From NCBI RefSeq assembly GCF_012516315.1, contig NZ_CP051185.1, positions 3,413,363-3,477,362 on the forward strand: a stretch of DNA of 64,000 bases, given 5' to 3'. The notes beneath the pieces are model-generated. The model searched no databases, was not told where the DNA came from, and saw only the letters and a program-made list of their open reading frames with translations. This DNA comes from Limnospira fusiformis SAG 85.79 (GTDB lineage Bacteria; Cyanobacteriota; Cyanobacteriia; Cyanobacteriales; Microcoleaceae). Position numbers and translations under genes: made by a program. Shown piece after piece: positions 62,120 through 64,000 of this stretch; the first letter of the stretch is position 1; each line of letters starts with the position of its first letter.

Positions 62120-64000
62120 TCAACCCCCAGAATGATTCAACCATTGTTGAAAGACAAGATTTCTGTCATCATCAGGGATAAGTAATTGATAGACCCGATG
62201 TCGTTTTTTGGCATAAGTTTCGAGACGATCGCATTTTAAGCCATAGCCAATTTGATCAAGAAAGCGACTTAATACCATAATGGGGGTAGATCGTGGTGCT
62301 AACCCTATTCCGATAATAGACTTAATAGCAGTGCGATCGCCTAAAGCCAGCTTCGCCATTTGCTGTAAATCAGGATCAGTATTTTTAAACTCCCGATTTT
62401 CCTGTTGTAATAAAGTAGGAAAGCGTAATAATTCCAGAGTAGCGACGACCGCGCCTAATTGCGATCGGTTAAAATCAGGACCAAATAAACTACCTTTTCC
62501 TCGTTGTCCCAAATCCTGTGCTATTCGCGCATCTCTCGCGGACAGGAAAGGGCGACCCACAGTTAAGAAATAATGCAATTTTAATTTTTCATACCATCCC
62601 TGGTCATCCTTAGTTATCAATTCAGGATTAACGGGAATACCATAGCGCAATTTTAACTGATGTTTGCGTAAAGATTGACTTTCAGCAGGAGTTTTAAACA
62701 CTTTTTTTTGCAAAACATGATATGCCAAATCACTTAAATCTGTAGCGTTAGATATAGCCCAGCATTCGGTCTGATAATTGCGATCGCGCACAGCGTCAAT
62801 CAAATCAGTTAAACTAGGTTTAAGGTGATGGTCAGCCACCAAATCAGAATCAGAAGTTTCGCAAGGGGGAGAAACGGGTGATAATTGATGACCTTCAGCT
62901 TCCAAGCCAGCCAATACAGATTCCCGATAGCGGGTCATAGTAGCATTAAACCGGACGGCAATTTTAGCCCAACACATTAAAGACTCAGCTTGAAACCCCA
63001 TTTCCAAATCATCAAAATCATCAAAATCTGACTGTTGTAATAAACGAATGTTTAACTGAGTTAAGCGATGGCTACAACTCAGCAGGGAAGCCATAGATAA
63101 AGCGCCATTTCCCAACCTATTTAAACCGTGGGAAGCTATCCACAGATGTCGAGGTATATTTTCGCGAATTCTAGCCAAAGCCTGACGCACAGAATTTTCA
63201 GATTGAACCCCTTGGGCGATACCCCATACGGAGGTAAAATGACCTTTTAAATCAATACTCACCCCAGTTTCAATAGCAGGGGAAGCCAAAACCAGATCAT
63301 AATCTGCTAAAATATGATTAAGTCGGTTGATGCAACCGTAGGCGGGATGATGAGGGTCAGCCAAAGACTGGGAATCAATACGGAGGATTTTCAGTTGAGG
63401 AAATTGCGCTTTAAAATAGGCTTCTAAGGTGGAAGTCCCCCACTTACTAGCTAACTTTTGGGCGGACAAACACACAAAGGGACGACCGCCATTAGCGAGA
63501 TGATTTTCTAGGTCTTTAACTAATTGTTTAGGAGTATGACCGCCATAGTGATAAACATTCCAAGCCTGATCAGCAGCAGGTCGAAAATGGTTTTCGATAA
63601 TAAAGGGAGTTAGGGGAATTCCCGATAAGGCTTTGAGATAATCAATAGTAGTATCACTGAGGTCAGCATCAGCGATAACTACCCGACCATTGGACATGAA
63701 GACATTTTGCAATAAAACTTTTAGCGATCGCAATATAGCGACTCGATATTGGCGACAGGTGTCGGAATTTAGACCATGCCAAATTATCTGTTCAACTTCA
63801 TCAAAAATCACCAAAGTATTAGACCAATTATTGGGGTTAAAACCCAGGGAGGAAGAGGGATGCAGGGAATCAATACATAATCCATAACCCTCCCCAGGAC
63901 GACTGATAACCGTCCCCATTCCGGCTTTCATATAGTTTAAACCAAACCGCTGACAGAGAGATTCTACTAAGCGGATACGATGACCGATAACCAGGACAGA
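62120..64000 (-). CDS. partial CDS (N-terminus beyond window): large protein, possibly plasmid-type replication/primase-helicase-like (CyRepA-like)
   Basis: The ORF stays open upstream of the annotated Met to the window edge (SVLVIGHRIRLVESLCQRFGLNYMKAG...). Family assignment is by gestalt only. Confidence 0.35.
   Translation of the reverse strand, partial: SVLVIGHRIRLVESLCQRFGLNYMKAGMGTVISRPGEGYGLCIDSLHPSSSLGFNPNNWSNTLVIFDEVEQIIWHGLNSDTCRQYRVAILRSLKVLLQNVFMSNGRVVIADADLSDTTIDYLKALSGIPLTPFIIENHFRPAADQAWNVYHYGGHTPKQLVKDLENHLANGGRPFVCLSAQKLASKWGTSTLEAYFKAQFPQLKILRIDSQSLADPHHPAYGCINRLNHILADYDLVLASPAIETGVSIDLKGHFTSVWGIAQGVQSENSVRQALARIRENIPRHLWIASHGLNRLGNGALSMASLLSCSHRLTQLNIRLLQQSDFDDFDDLEMGFQAESLMCWAKIAVRFNATMTRYRESVLAGLEAEGHQLSPVSPPCETSDSDLVADHHLKPSLTDLIDAVRDRNYQTECWAISNATDLSDLAYHVLQKKVFKTPAESQSLRKHQLKLRYGIPVNPELITKDDQGWYEKLKLHYFLTVGRPFLSARDARIAQDLGQRGKGSLFGPDFNRSQLGAVVATLELLRFPTLLQQENREFKNTDPDLQQMAKLALGDRTAIKSIIGIGLAPRSTPIMVLSRFLDQIGYGLKCDRLETYAKKRHRVYQLLIPDDDRNLVFQQWLNHSGG

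Overview
This 64-kb window looks like a cyanobacterial chromosome segment. The HIP1 octamer GCGATCGC is scattered throughout, GC content is about 44%, and the window carries photosystem II Psb27, PEP-CTERM proteins, Uma2/DUF820 paralogs and long multi-PAS GGDEF sensors, which fits a filamentous Oscillatoriales-type genome (lineage assignment is low confidence). Housekeeping genes (glgP, gnd, recJ, prfB with its programmed +1 frameshift, dusA, cysH, an ABC-F ATPase, prohibitin, M50 protease, phosphohexomutase, a GpgS-like glycosyltransferase) are interspersed with clearly accessory or dynamic DNA. The accessory content includes a tandem triplication (plus a stub of a fourth unit) of a pentapeptide-repeat::RidA fusion gene, a tandem pair of Uma2 endonuclease genes with a localized divergent patch, two PEP-CTERM paralogs sharing a conserved upstream motif, a decayed HK/REC/GGDEF pseudogene and a GH10-like gene frameshifted at a homopolymer. 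It also includes an IS607-like element (intact tnpB, decayed tnpA) inserted just upstream of cysH, a second internally deleted tnpB and a tnpB 3' stub next to glgP. The most interesting region is 47.4-56.1 kb, an IS-flanked island. It contains a DUF488 pair with a Cys/His-rich partner gene and a tightly coupled three-gene operon. The operon encodes a large uncharacterized protein, a MoxR-type AAA+ ATPase, and a protein with a possibly vWA-like middle region fused to a bona fide sigma-70 region 3.2-4 module. It is followed by a truncated CHAT (caspase-like) protease fragment and driven from a promoter region with a 10-bp phased repeat. This resembles NTP-dependent 'ternary' conflict/signalling systems but with an unusual sigma-domain output. 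No rRNA, tRNA or CRISPR array was found.
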